IMG/VR virus record: IMGVR_UViG_3300027686_001029
Reading direction: 5' to 3' (one strand)
Source: a virus
DNA: 64,000 bases
Below, piece after piece: positions 53,205 to 62,694 of the stretch; position 1 is the first letter of the stretch, and each line of letters starts with the position of its first letter. The notes under the pieces were generated by a model. It had not been told where the DNA came from. It worked only from the letters and a program-made list of their open reading frames with translations, and made no database searches. Made by a program: the position numbers and the translations under genes.

Positions 53205-55596
53205 CTCTCCAATTATTAGAAATCTCTGGAGGTGCTTTTAAAGTTACTCCTGGTAGATGTGTAGTATTCTCCATAATCTCCTGTACTACTGGGGCAAACA
53301 TCTCTACATCTTTAGCATCACAGTTAATAATAAGTTGATCATGAACTTGTGCCTGTACTTTAGCATCTATTCCTAATTCTTTAGCCTTTAAGTTAACTTT
53401 TAATGCTGCTCTATTTACTACTGCTGCAGCAAGGGATTGTAATTGAAAGTTTAAACAGTTATTAAGTCCGTTACGGTAGTCTCTATAAGCTTGAGTTACT
53501 TGGTCTCTAGGAGAAGTAATCTTACCAGTTTTCATATCAGTTTTAACAGGTATCTGCATCTCTAAATCTTTTCTAAATCTCCAATCCATTAATCTATCAC
53601 CTAATTTCTCATGAAGCCTCTTTACTTTAGGTAAATGACGTATCCTTCCTAAAAAGTTTTGAATACTACCGTGCTCTTTAACTTGTATTCTAGAGTTTTC
53701 TCTCCATTTAGCTAATCCTGGAAATCCGTCTAAGTATCCTTTAATTAGTCCTTCTGCAGTCTTTTGATCAACTCCTAAAGTCATCTTTAATGCATATGCT
53801 TCCATACCGTAAGCTACTCCTAGTGAATAAGCTTTTGCTTTATTACGAGCTAGTACATCTAACTTTTTTAAGTAGTTATCAGCTTTTTTATCAGCAGATA
53901 CACCATTAGGAAATCTATCTGTCTGCTCATTCATCTTTTCAGTTTGAATAGCAACGTAAGAGTAGAAATCCCAACCATTAGCAAATATCTCTTGAAGTTT
54001 TTCATCTCCTGAAACTGATGCAAAGCAATGAGGTTCTAAAGATTCATAATCTGCATCAATAACCTTCCTACCTTCTCCAGCTATTAAGAAAGCTCTTACA
54101 ATATTTACATACTTCATAATAATAGGAGCATCTTCACCTTCTTCTAAAGGTTTAGGTAACTGTTGAGCATCTGATCCGTATCGACCAGATACAGTCCCGT
54201 TTTGCTTAAAGTAGAAATAGTATTTACCGTCTTCCTGACGGTCTCTAAACCTGTCTACGTAAGTAGATTTGATCTTAAGTAACTTATTATATATACGTAA
54301 GTTCTCAGCCCAGGTATAGTCTTTAGCTAGGGTCTCTACCATACTCATATCAAACTTATCCCTACCGGATTTAGTATTAGCTCCTGCAGTAATAGGTTTT
54401 ACTCCCATGTACTTAAAGACTATTTCACCTAAGTGCTTTTTAGATTGAATATTAATATACTCTCCATTATTTGATTCTTTCCATAGAGCCATTGAAATAC
54501 GGTAACGTTCTACCTCTTCTATTAATTCTTCATTACCGGTCAATAGAAACTCTTTTACTACTCTTTCTTTATCCGTAGAAGGTTCAAAAGCTTCTATATT
54601 TTTTTGAGTCAGAGAGTATTTACCAGTTTTATCTGATTTAGGTAAAGGTATAGAGTATCTTTGAATAAGGCTCTGAGCCCAATTACCTTTATGGGATACA
54701 GGGTATGCATTGAGAGCTGTTCCCATCACCCATGTTTGAGCTTCGTCAGTATCTAATAAAGATTTCATTACTATCTCTTTATTAATTTTTAAATCTTCAG
54801 ATATAGTTTTATGAGTTTCTTCAATTAAGTCCATATCTAATTCAACACCGTGTGCTTCCATAGGAACAGTTACTTCCCTATAAACAGGCATTACTTCATC
54901 TTCGAAGAAGAACTTTTCCAAGCCCTCATCTCTAAGCTTATCCAAATATAAATTACAAATACGAAGGGTAAGGTCAGTATCAGCAGCAGCATATTTTGAA
55001 AGTATATCCAAATCAGCTTTATATATTTGAAAGCTTTCTTTTGTAACGGATCCTCCATTTTTCTTTATGCTTTCTTTTAGTTCTACTTGTTCTTCATTAG
55101 CAGCTTTTTCAACATCAAGCCCTAATGCCTCTTGGTTCATAATAGCAATAGATTTTAGACCAAAAGGATTACCAAAACCAAATGCACCTTCTTCATAAAC
55201 TGTATGAACAAGTAATCCTGTATCAACCCATACGTCTGGTAATAAATCTATACCGTAGTAATTACTGATAAACTGGACATCAAAAGAAGCATTATGAAAT
55301 ACTAACTTCTTTCCTTTAAGTAACTTTAATAAGTTTTTAGAAATAACCTCAGTAGAGGTACCTTTAATTTCTTGGAGCATAAGCTCTTCTCTATGGTAAT
55401 CCCATACTAGAGTAGGTAGGTAAAAACCTACTCCTTCATCTCCTGATACTGACCATCCTATAATTTTATCCTTACGAGGATTAAGACCAGTAGTCTCTGT
55501 ATCTACTGCAATTGTATCTGAGTCAAGGATATGTTGGTGAAGTAATTCTAACGTTTCACTATCTTGAACTGTGTAATACTTTTTCTCTAACTTCAT
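53194..55596 (-). CDS. polA: Family A DNA polymerase (3'-5' exonuclease plus polymerase, no 5'-3' exonuclease)
   Basis: Exo DTETTGL, HNASFD and YAAADT; motif A DADYESLE; motif B RNKAKAYSLGVAYG; motif C QVHDQL. Confidence 0.95.
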   Translation of the reverse strand: MKLEKKYYTVQDSETLELLHQHILDSDTIAVDTETTGLNPRKDKIIGWSVSGDEGVGFYLPTLVWDYHREELMLQEIKGTSTEVISKNLLKLLKGKKLVFHNASFDVQFISNYYGIDLLPDVWVDTGLLVHTVYEEGAFGFGNPFGLKSIAIMNQEALGLDVEKAANEEQVELKESIKKNGGSVTKESFQIYKADLDILSKYAAADTDLTLRICNLYLDKLRDEGLEKFFFEDEVMPVYREVTVPMEAHGVELDMDLIEETHKTISEDLKINKEIVMKSLLDTDEAQTWVMGTALNAYPVSHKGNWAQSLIQRYSIPLPKSDKTGKYSLTQKNIEAFEPSTDKERVVKEFLLTGNEELIEEVERYRISMALWKESNNGEYINIQSKKHLGEIVFKYMGVKPITAGANTKSGRDKFDMSMVETLAKDYTWAENLRIYNKLLKIKSTYVDRFRDRQEDGKYYFYFKQNGTVSGRYGSDAQQLPKPLEEGEDAPIIMKYVNIVRAFLIAGEGRKVIDADYESLEPHCFASVSGDEKLQEIFANGWDFYSYVAIQTEKMNEQTDRFPNGVSADKKADNYLKKLDVLARNKAKAYSLGVAYGMEAYALKMTLGVDQKTAEGLIKGYLDGFPGLAKWRENSRIQVKEHGSIQNFLGRIRHLPKVKRLHEKLGDRLMDWRFRKDLEMQIPVKTDMKTGKITSPRDQVTQAYRDYRNGLNNCLNFQLQSLAAAVVNRAALKVNLKAKELGIDAKVQAQVHDQLIINCDAKDVEMFAPVVQEIMENTTHLPGVTLKAPPEISNNWRDGH

Positions 55597-55618
55597 ATAT
55601 AACCTTTATTTAATTTAG

Positions 55619-55691
55619 TTGCGCTGGAAGGATTCGAACCTTCGACCTCTAGGTTATGAGCCTAGCGAGCTGGCCACTGCTCTACAGCGCT
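55619..55691 (-). tRNA. tRNA-Met (CAT), initiator-like
   Basis: Cloverleaf: acceptor GCGCTG/CAGCGC with 1:72 mismatch, D-arm GAGC/GCTC, anticodon arm CTAGG-CTCATAA-CCTAG, T-loop GTTCGAATC; CCA not encoded. Confidence 0.93.
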
Positions 55692-55703
55692 ATATTATAT
55701 CTA

Positions 55704-55732
55704 AATATAAGAATAATTTTTCAATTCTCCAA
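55704..55732 (-). promoter_or_regulatory. Promoter for tRNA-Met/polA (TTGGAG-N17-TATATT)
   Basis: Consensus match about 12 nt upstream of the tRNA 5' end. Confidence 0.7.
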
Positions 55733-56296
55733 CATTTCTTCAGGTAAATCTTTCTTATCAATTTTCGTTTCACACATAGTTTCTAATTGAGATATTACAT
55801 GTCTCTTAGCTAATATATCTCCAGTATAAAAGGTATATATCATACTAAGTTTTTGAACTTCTATTTGTTTAGATAGACTTTTAATACTTCCCTCTAGTAG
55901 CTCTTCATCTTCCTCTTCAATATCAAACTTAACATCATTCAATCCAGCTAACTCTAATAATTCTAACATATCGTTAGATTCATATGCTTTTTTTGCAGAT
56001 AAGAAATCTTCCTCTTTACCTCCTTTGTCAGGGTGTAATCTTTTTGATAGTTCTCTGAATAACTTTTTAACCTTATTATGTTTTTTAGATTTAGGGGTAT
56101 TTTCAATCTCTTCTGGGTCTTTCAGTTCTCCAGTTTCAGTATTTATTAACATCTCTTTATCTTTGACAAAGTACTTTCCAAAACGTTTATTCCAATCTTC
56201 TAAATGACTTTCACATATATCGTTAATATCTTCAAGTTCCAATTTTAAATACTGGTGCTTTAATGAATACTTCTTTATATATCTAGATTTCGACAT
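55721..56296 (-). CDS. J-domain (DnaJ-like) co-chaperone
   Basis: KKLFRELSKRLHPDKGG...F...KKAYE. Confidence 0.85.
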   Translation of the reverse strand: MSKSRYIKKYSLKHQYLKLELEDINDICESHLEDWNKRFGKYFVKDKEMLINTETGELKDPEEIENTPKSKKHNKVKKLFRELSKRLHPDKGGKEEDFLSAKKAYESNDMLELLELAGLNDVKFDIEEEDEELLEGSIKSLSKQIEVQKLSMIYTFYTGDILAKRHVISQLETMCETKIDKKDLPEEMLEN

Positions 56297-56565
56297 TAAA
56301 TTCCTTCCCCATAAAGGTCAAATAATTCAGGTTCTTTTTCTTCTACAATTTTTTCGTGTTCTATAATAGCATATAGTTTACCGTTGAGAGGTTCTAACCT
56401 ATAGTGCCCTTTAAATTTAGTTTTTCTCAAATATGCCGTTAATGCCGGAACTAATCCTTCAATAACAGTAGACTGGTCTCTTTCCAGAACCCAATTATCT
56501 CCAGGAGCTTTTCTTTTAGCGATTAATACGTTTTCTTCTTCTATAACTGTTTCTATATTGCTCAT
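56296..56565 (-). CDS. Hypothetical protein
   Basis: ORF track. Confidence 0.7.
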   Translation of the reverse strand: MSNIETVIEEENVLIAKRKAPGDNWVLERDQSTVIEGLVPALTAYLRKTKFKGHYRLEPLNGKLYAIIEHEKIVEEKEPELFDLYGEGI

Positions 56566-57386
56566 ACTACTGCTCTACCTTTTAATTCTAACCAATCCTT
56601 ATTCTCTCTTACTGTATCATTTAGTTCTAATACGCTTTCAAAAAAAATAGGGTCGATTCCTTTGCTTTTGTATAAATAGACTAAAGCGTTAAGATCTTTA
56701 GGTAAGCAATGTCCTCCAAAGCCTAACTCCCCATCAGGGCCTGGTACTGCTAGATGTGCTTTTCCAATACGTGGATCTAAAGTAGCATATTCAACAACTT
56801 TATCGTAATCTAGATTTATAGCTTCACATAACCTGTATACTTCATTAGCAAAAGTAACTTTAGTTGCTAAAAAAGCATTAGTAAAGTACTTAACCATTTC
56901 AGCATGTGCTGCACCTGTTTTTACGATAGTAGCATTAGGAAATACTTTAACATATACTTGCTTAAGTAAAGTAGTAGAAGGTCTAGGACCTCCTAAAATA
57001 ACTCTAGTAGTATTTTTAAAGTCTTCTTCTGCTGATACTTCAGATAAAAATTCAGGATTAAATACGATACTCATATCTGAGTAAATTGAGTTTAATTCAT
57101 CTGTGGTACCCGGTGGTACAGTAGACTTAATTACTATAGTTTCTCTATACCCCAAGAAATTAAGATCGTCTAATGCTTGTCTTAGTATATCGGTACTACA
57201 AGCTCCTGAAGATTCCATTGGGGTAGGTAAGCATAAAAATACTATTCCGCATTTTTGTACTATAATTTCTAAAGTAGAATTACACTTATCCTTATCTAGG
57301 TCATATGTAAATACTTCATAATAGCTTTTAAACTTTTTATAGATTGCATCACCTACAAAGCCTTGTCCTACAATTCCTATGTTCAT
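56562..57386 (-). CDS. UDP-glucose/GDP-mannose dehydrogenase family protein (short form, no C-terminal UDP-binding domain)
   Basis: GQGFVG, CLPTP, KSTVPPGT, NPEFL, KYFTNAFLATKV and GFGGHCLPKD motifs. Confidence 0.92.
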   Translation of the reverse strand: MNIGIVGQGFVGDAIYKKFKSYYEVFTYDLDKDKCNSTLEIIVQKCGIVFLCLPTPMESSGACSTDILRQALDDLNFLGYRETIVIKSTVPPGTTDELNSIYSDMSIVFNPEFLSEVSAEEDFKNTTRVILGGPRPSTTLLKQVYVKVFPNATIVKTGAAHAEMVKYFTNAFLATKVTFANEVYRLCEAINLDYDKVVEYATLDPRIGKAHLAVPGPDGELGFGGHCLPKDLNALVYLYKSKGIDPIFFESVLELNDTVRENKDWLELKGRAVV

Positions 57387-57389
57387 AAC

Positions 57390-58295
57390 TTATTGACGTA
57401 GAGTTTTTCTAATACAAAACATTGGGTTAGTAAAAAACTCTGGTATTAGCATTTGGTGGGTTGCTCTAATAGGGTTAATATCTATTCCTCCTCTGCGGGT
57501 ATACAGACAAGCAACCATTAATTGTTCTGGTTTGAATCTTTCTGTTAAGTGAGAATAAATCATTTCGCATATCTCTTCATGAAAGTGACTTACTGTTCTA
57601 TGACTAACTATGTATTTAGCAAGAGATTCTGCGGTAGGTACTTCATCTCCTTTGATAAAGATAAATATATCTCCCCAATCTGGTTGATCAGTTACTCTAC
57701 AATTAGAACGTAATAAATTTGATCGAACCTTAAGTTCTCGAGCATCAATAGAACCTTCTAACTGATTAGCATCTGATTTAAATGCTGTAAAATCGATTGC
57801 ATCTAAATTAGCTAATTCTCCAATTTCTTCGAATTCTTCAGAAAAAGACAAGGTTTCCATTTCAAAATCAGAAGAATAGAAACTAACTGTAGTTATAGTA
57901 TCAAGTAGTTCATCTAAATCTCTCTTTATTCTTGCTTCAATTCCTGCGATGCAGTCTGCTGCATTGTCACCTATCTTAGTCATATTAAATGAATTAAGAT
58001 AAAGTTTAATCGATTTAGACTCAACGTGGTTTTCACTATCAGCCGGACATACTATTTTAACCATACCGGCAACAGGTTGACCTTTTGTAGTAATAGCAGA
58101 AACTTCATAAGCATTCCATGTATCTACACCTACGAATTCCTTACCTGTTAATCCATATCCTTCTCGATTAAGATATCTTGGTATCTTAACTAAAAGTTCT
58201 GGAGAGTAAGTATCTTTATAACCTGCTCCGCCTACAGTTCCTAAATGTTTGGATGCAATATCCTTTACTTGTTCGTAATTTTTAACTTCTGACAT
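57390..58295 (-). CDS. queF: NADPH-dependent preQ0 reductase (bimodular QueF)
   Basis: WNAYE, VESKSIKLYLNS, LRSNCRVT.QPDWG, FHE.IC.E and RRGGIDINP motifs. Confidence 0.95.
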   Translation of the reverse strand: MSEVKNYEQVKDIASKHLGTVGGAGYKDTYSPELLVKIPRYLNREGYGLTGKEFVGVDTWNAYEVSAITTKGQPVAGMVKIVCPADSENHVESKSIKLYLNSFNMTKIGDNAADCIAGIEARIKRDLDELLDTITTVSFYSSDFEMETLSFSEEFEEIGELANLDAIDFTAFKSDANQLEGSIDARELKVRSNLLRSNCRVTDQPDWGDIFIFIKGDEVPTAESLAKYIVSHRTVSHFHEEICEMIYSHLTERFKPEQLMVACLYTRRGGIDINPIRATHQMLIPEFFTNPMFCIRKTLRQ

Positions 58296-58297
58296 AA

Positions 58298-58669
58298 TTA
58301 TCCTTTAAATATTTGTTTTTTACCACCTTCGTATTGATAAGCGTGGCCATTCTCTACCAGTAGTTTATTTAATGAGGTTTCTTCTCCGTCGATATCAATA
58401 AAAATCTCAGCAAGTATTCGACCGTACTTCCCTTTACCGTAAGATTGAATAACAAACTTACCATCATTCATCTCCATATATTTCTCAGTAAATTTAGAAG
58501 CTTCTATACCTTTAGCTTTCTCTTCTAAATTTCTAGTTCTCTTTTCCCAAGTATCAACTCCTTTAAATCTTAATCTGGCTCTAACCCAAGTATCAAATCC
58601 TAGATCGATCATTACATCTGCTGTATCACCATCAACTACTCTTAATAATTTTGCTCCGTATTTATACAT
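58298..58669 (-). CDS. Thermonuclease (SNase-like) protein
   Basis: RVVDGDT, RLR..GVDT.E and GKYGRILA motifs. Confidence 0.88.
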   Translation of the reverse strand: MYKYGAKLLRVVDGDTADVMIDLGFDTWVRARLRFKGVDTWEKRTRNLEEKAKGIEASKFTEKYMEMNDGKFVIQSYGKGKYGRILAEIFIDIDGEETSLNKLLVENGHAYQYEGGKKQIFKG

Positions 58670-59183
58670 TTATAAAATTTAATATTTGCTCTACTCTTTG
58701 CATAGGAGAGCCAGTTATCGTCAAATAAGGTTGACGTACGTCTTCTAATACTGCTTTAAACTCTTCATCAATATCTACTCTCCACTTTTCATTTATACTT
58801 CTAACTCCATCATCTACAGAATCAAATTCTATAGGAAAATAAATATAATGAGTATACTCGTTTTTAATCCTATTCCAAGTAGCATCTATATATTTCCACG
58901 TCTCTTCTGATACGTTATCCATAAATCTTGTATATACTACAACATCCATAAAGCATCTATCGAGTACTTGATTATAAGGTTGTAATAAAGCTTCTAAATG
59001 AAAACAACTAATAGCTAATTGAGTAGCATCAGTTCCTTTTTCATTGATAGGAAAACCATAAGAACCTACCGTTCTAGTAGATTCGTTAACAAAGTCGTAC
59101 TTTGGTAATTTATTCTTTAGTAATTCATACACAGTAGTCTTACCTGTACTACTAGCTCCTACTAACGCAATTCTCTTTGTCAT
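58662..59183 (-). CDS. P-loop nucleotide kinase (AAA_28 / dNMP kinase-like)
   Basis: GASSTGKTT, DRCFMD and DDGVR motifs. Confidence 0.82.
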   Translation of the reverse strand: MTKRIALVGASSTGKTTVYELLKNKLPKYDFVNESTRTVGSYGFPINEKGTDATQLAISCFHLEALLQPYNQVLDRCFMDVVVYTRFMDNVSEETWKYIDATWNRIKNEYTHYIYFPIEFDSVDDGVRSINEKWRVDIDEEFKAVLEDVRQPYLTITGSPMQRVEQILNFINV

Positions 59184-59215
59184 ACAACCTTTTTATTTAA
59201 TACAATATACGAACT

Positions 59216-59785
59216 TTATTTTTTATTACCGAATAATTCATTAGTAAATTCAATCCAAAGATATAGAGACCTATCTTTAAATACTTTCCACATCTCTTCT
59301 TCAGTTATACTAAATGCATTAAACCTAATTTCTTTTAGAACTTTTCCTTCATCTACTCCTTCTACTACTTTGTGTATTACACATCCCATAACTTCATGCT
59401 TAGCTTCAAAAGCTCTAATTTGAGGATCCTTTCCTTTTAATTCTGGGTAGACAGTTATTAGTCCTGGATGACCGTTAAATATGTTGAAGCTTTGAGTAAC
59501 TTCAGAAGGTAGAATTCTCAGCCAACCGTGTAATGTAATAATCGCATCTGGAAAATACTGAAGTACGTCTAGATATTCATTCACTTTAGGTTTATTACTA
59601 AAGGTAAAATATCCTTTTTCTTCTATTCTAGGATCTATAGTTCTAGCATCATTAGGTCTCTCATTAGTAATAATACGGGATGGCCACTTACCTGTGCTTT
59701 CAGCAAGATCAGCTATTTCTGCTCCTGTTTGAGAGAAAAAAGCAATCCAGGTTTGTTTGCCAGATTTAATTTTTATATCTTTCAT
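59216..59785 (-). CDS. dpdN: PurN-like formyltransferase, DpdN candidate (dPreQ1 formyltransferase)
   Basis: FFSQTG, LHGWLRIL, FNGHPG and GCVIH.V..GVDEG motifs; between dpdA-like gene and queF. Confidence 0.8.
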   Translation of the reverse strand: MKDIKIKSGKQTWIAFFSQTGAEIADLAESTGKWPSRIITNERPNDARTIDPRIEEKGYFTFSNKPKVNEYLDVLQYFPDAIITLHGWLRILPSEVTQSFNIFNGHPGLITVYPELKGKDPQIRAFEAKHEVMGCVIHKVVEGVDEGKVLKEIRFNAFSITEEEMWKVFKDRSLYLWIEFTNELFGNKK

Positions 59786-60600
59786 ATTCCTGCTATAGGT
59801 GTTGATCCATTAACGAACCACCTAAATTTCTGTATATTATTTAATACGGTGGGTATTTCTATATCGTCAATATCTGTGTTAATAAGTTCGAATAACTTCT
59901 GCGATTCTTTACTCCATAAGCCATCAGATCCGTAAGTTATGTCTTTTAATCCGTGTACTACAGGATTTGAAGTATCTAAAGAGTATATCCAACTGTAGTC
60001 TAAATGTTTATAGTACGAAAATTCCTGGGGAAGTGAACATCCTAATAAGTGATGAGGTTTATCTTTATTAATAACACCGTCTCTAAGTAAATCTCCAAGT
60101 AGCTTAACACGTCCTAGCATCCAACTAACGTATTTATTAGGATGAGGAAAAGACTCAGTATAATACGAATAATCAAAGGATATAGCAATCATATCACAAG
60201 GTGATAATTCATCTATAGCTTTATAACAGTCTTTAATTTCCTGATAAGTCTTACCTTGAACCACCCCTATACTCTTACCCGGTACATTATTATACTTTTT
60301 AAACCAGCTAGCCATTTGCGACATAGTTTTTTCAGCATTTTCTAAAGCATCTGGTACTATATACCATGTAGGTTTAAGCAATTGTACCCAGTTAGAAAAC
60401 TTATCAGCATCAAAGGCTTCTTCTAATTCAAAAATAGAGTTGTCTAATATTACTTCTCTTCCTTTTCTTACTGCTTTTTCAAACTGCCTTAAGTATTCTG
60501 GATCTTCTTCTAGTAAATGTACTAATGCATAGTCATAATCAGTTAGTCTTTGAACTTCATCAAAAATACTATTCGGAGATTCATGAGCAATCTTAATCAT
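59782..60600 (-). CDS. dpdA: TGT-fold DNA 7-deazaguanine transglycosylase (DpdA, possibly DpdA3-like)
   Basis: ILDNSIFE, VPD, GVVQG, HHLLGC and SLDTSNP motifs; clustered with queF, folE and queE. Confidence 0.75.
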   Translation of the reverse strand: MIKIAHESPNSIFDEVQRLTDYDYALVHLLEEDPEYLRQFEKAVRKGREVILDNSIFELEEAFDADKFSNWVQLLKPTWYIVPDALENAEKTMSQMASWFKKYNNVPGKSIGVVQGKTYQEIKDCYKAIDELSPCDMIAISFDYSYYTESFPHPNKYVSWMLGRVKLLGDLLRDGVINKDKPHHLLGCSLPQEFSYYKHLDYSWIYSLDTSNPVVHGLKDITYGSDGLWSKESQKLFELINTDIDDIEIPTVLNNIQKFRWFVNGSTPIAGI

Positions 60601-60778
60601 CTTTATTAATTTCCTTTAAAGCGTTATTTAATAATTCTATTGAGCTATCTACTTTTAAAGCAGCATTATTAAGCTTAGCAGTATAATTGCTTACTTCTTT
60701 AATAGCTTTTTCAGCTATTTCTACTGGGATCATTTCTACTCCTTCTACTACTACGATATTTTCTTTCCATGTATTCAT
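60593..60778 (-). CDS. Hypothetical coiled-coil protein
   Basis: ORF track. Confidence 0.6.
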   Translation of the reverse strand: MNTWKENIVVVEGVEMIPVEIAEKAIKEVSNYTAKLNNAALKVDSSIELLNNALKEINKDD

Positions 60779-61347
60779 ATCCCTAAGTGTTGCTGTGGTC
60801 TAGTTTTAACAATTTCATCATCTGTAAAGAATTGTTTAAGGTCCGGTCTGAAGTAGTTAGTGCTTTTCATTACTTTTCTATCTCTAGTACGGTAGACAAT
60901 ATACCGTCCTTCCTCAATCTTTTCAAAATGACAGGCCTCACCTTGTTCCTTACTTCTTTGGCGGACGGTCTGTATGGCTTCTTTTTCAGTTTCACAAGCT
61001 TTTGACATATTAGAGGCTTGTACTTCTTGATATGCTGGCCATATCTTGTTCTTAAGGCCATGTAGCATAGTACCGTTCCCAAGGGAAACATAAGTAATAT
61101 CGCACAAAGCATCCAAAATTTCCACAATGTCTCCTCTTTCGCAAGCTTCTTTATATTCTTGGAGCTCTTCAAGGATAAAGTCGTAAACAAATCTCCATTC
61201 TTTTTCACTAGGGATAGTTGGTTCATAGTTATTAGGTTTGTTAAACGTTTTGTTAAACTCTTCTACTTCATCTACGAAAGGAACTCCGTTAACCCATACG
61301 GGTAATACTTTTTCTTCTACTTCAAATAATGATAGTTGCTCACCCAT
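60775..61347 (-). CDS. MazG-like (PRA-PH-like) nucleoside triphosphate pyrophosphohydrolase
   Basis: EE..EY, EILDALCDITYV, EVQASNMSK and KVMKS..YFRPDL motifs. Confidence 0.88.
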   Translation of the reverse strand: MGEQLSLFEVEEKVLPVWVNGVPFVDEVEEFNKTFNKPNNYEPTIPSEKEWRFVYDFILEELQEYKEACERGDIVEILDALCDITYVSLGNGTMLHGLKNKIWPAYQEVQASNMSKACETEKEAIQTVRQRSKEQGEACHFEKIEEGRYIVYRTRDRKVMKSTNYFRPDLKQFFTDDEIVKTRPQQHLGI

Positions 61348-61348
61348 A

Positions 61349-61549
61349 TTAGATTACTTTTAAAATTCTTGATTCTGTAAGGCTTATGATTCTGAAATCT
61401 CTTTCTCCTTCGTTTTCTAAGTACTTATAAACTTTAGATTCAGCTTCAGTACCGCCCATAGCGTCAACCAAATAAATTTCTTTTACTTTTTGAATACGAC
61501 CTCTATCGTTTTCTCTTTCAAACTGGGTAGTAACTTGCCAATATGTCAT
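61349..61549 (-). CDS. DUF4494 family protein
   Basis: G..QKVKE.YLVDA...TEAE...I..L.E..I pattern, Bacteroidota-type. Confidence 0.75.
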   Translation of the reverse strand: MTYWQVTTQFERENDRGRIQKVKEIYLVDAMGGTEAESKVYKYLENEGERDFRIISLTESRILKVI

Positions 61550-61573
61550 AATAATGCTTTTTTAATTTAATTT

Positions 61574-61604
61574 AATATACGATTAATTTTACTTCTATAC
61601 AACT
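61574..61604 (-). promoter_or_regulatory. Phage consensus promoter (TTGTAT-N17-TATATT)
   Basis: Consensus match; -35 abuts upstream TAG. Confidence 0.7.
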
Positions 61605-61971
61605 ATTCTCTATTATAGTCATCTTCATATCTGATTATGTCTGATTCATCAAATATACCTGCATTACTATGCTGCACTTCAATAAAAATCATATCTTTGT
61701 TATCCTGTACGTTATTAATATTTCTTATTCTATGTTTAGCTCCTTCTGGTATATAAACAGTATTCTTCTCCGTCAAAACACTATCTGAGCCATCTAAAGT
61801 ATATCCTGCCATTCCCTGTACTATAGTCCAAGTCTCTGATCTATGTTTATGAGATTGATAGGATAGTTGTCCGCCAGGTTTAACTGTAATCATTTTTACC
61901 TTACAAAAAGGACTATCAAGTAAAACTTGATACTCCCCCCAAGGTCTTATATCATGTTCTAATGTCTGCAT
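61603..61971 (-). CDS. Cupin, mannose-6-phosphate isomerase type II C-terminal-like
   Basis: RPWGEY, VKPGGQLSYQSHKHRSETW, IP.GAKHRI.N, EVQ and EDDY.R motifs. Confidence 0.88.
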   Translation of the reverse strand: MQTLEHDIRPWGEYQVLLDSPFCKVKMITVKPGGQLSYQSHKHRSETWTIVQGMAGYTLDGSDSVLTEKNTVYIPEGAKHRIRNINNVQDNKDMIFIEVQHSNAGIFDESDIIRYEDDYNRE

Positions 61972-62672
61972 ATACTTGCTAATTCTATATTCTTATAAAA
62001 CTCTGCTTTTGCAGAATCCTCATCTAAAAATGCTCCTGTTAACTTAGCTGTCTGCATTGAAGCTCCTTGATGCTTTACTCCTCTACAGCTTACACAGTTA
62101 TGAGTAGCATTAATTTGAACTGCTACTCCTAAATTACCATCACAAATTTTATTAACAGCATTATGTATGGCAACTGTTAATTGTTCTTGAATGGCTCCTC
62201 TTCTTCCAAATTGTTCTACTATTCTATTTAATTTGGATAATCCAACAACCTTCCCAGACTCTGAAGCAATATAGGCTATGCTAACAGTCCCACCTATTGT
62301 TTGGTGGTGGTGACTACACATTGACGTTACAGGTATATTAGACTCTTGTACGATTCCGTCGTAGCCGTCGCTAGGGAATGCTGTAACTCGGTCTAAAGGT
62401 TCAAATCTACCTTTCCATAGATCATTAACGTATGCTTTAGCTACTCTCATAGGAGTATCAGAAGAGTTGGGATCGTTTTCCCAGTCAGTTCCAAGAGCGG
62501 TTAAGAAGTCACCAAATGCTGTTGCTGCATTAGTAATAATCTCTTGTTTCTCTTCTGATGATAACCTTGCTTCAGGTCCTTCGGTTAGTTGTTTCTTTGC
62601 TAATTGACTGGATATACCATTAGCGAATCCAGCTTGAACTAATTCTGTTCCTTCTATAAACTTCTTTGCCAT
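61959..62672 (-). CDS. folE: GTP cyclohydrolase I
   Basis: TP.RVAK, SMCSHHH, GLSKLNRIV, IQEQLT and HNCVSCRGV motifs. Confidence 0.96.
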   Translation of the reverse strand: MAKKFIEGTELVQAGFANGISSQLAKKQLTEGPEARLSSEEKQEIITNAATAFGDFLTALGTDWENDPNSSDTPMRVAKAYVNDLWKGRFEPLDRVTAFPSDGYDGIVQESNIPVTSMCSHHHQTIGGTVSIAYIASESGKVVGLSKLNRIVEQFGRRGAIQEQLTVAIHNAVNKICDGNLGVAVQINATHNCVSCRGVKHQGASMQTAKLTGAFLDEDSAKAEFYKNIELASICRH

Positions 62673-62694
62673 TCTTATAACTTATTTATACTTA

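Noticed and set aside
53194-55596. Intein or intron in polA
   Set aside because: The ORF is continuous at 800 aa with no intein splice motifs or endonuclease insert seen
24744-61226. Nested same-strand alternative-frame ORFs (8081..8278, 24744..25064, 36571..36780, 40105..40341, 49042..49224, 56025..56207, 60870..61226)
   Set aside because: Fully inside recognisable genes, with no motifs or upstream signals
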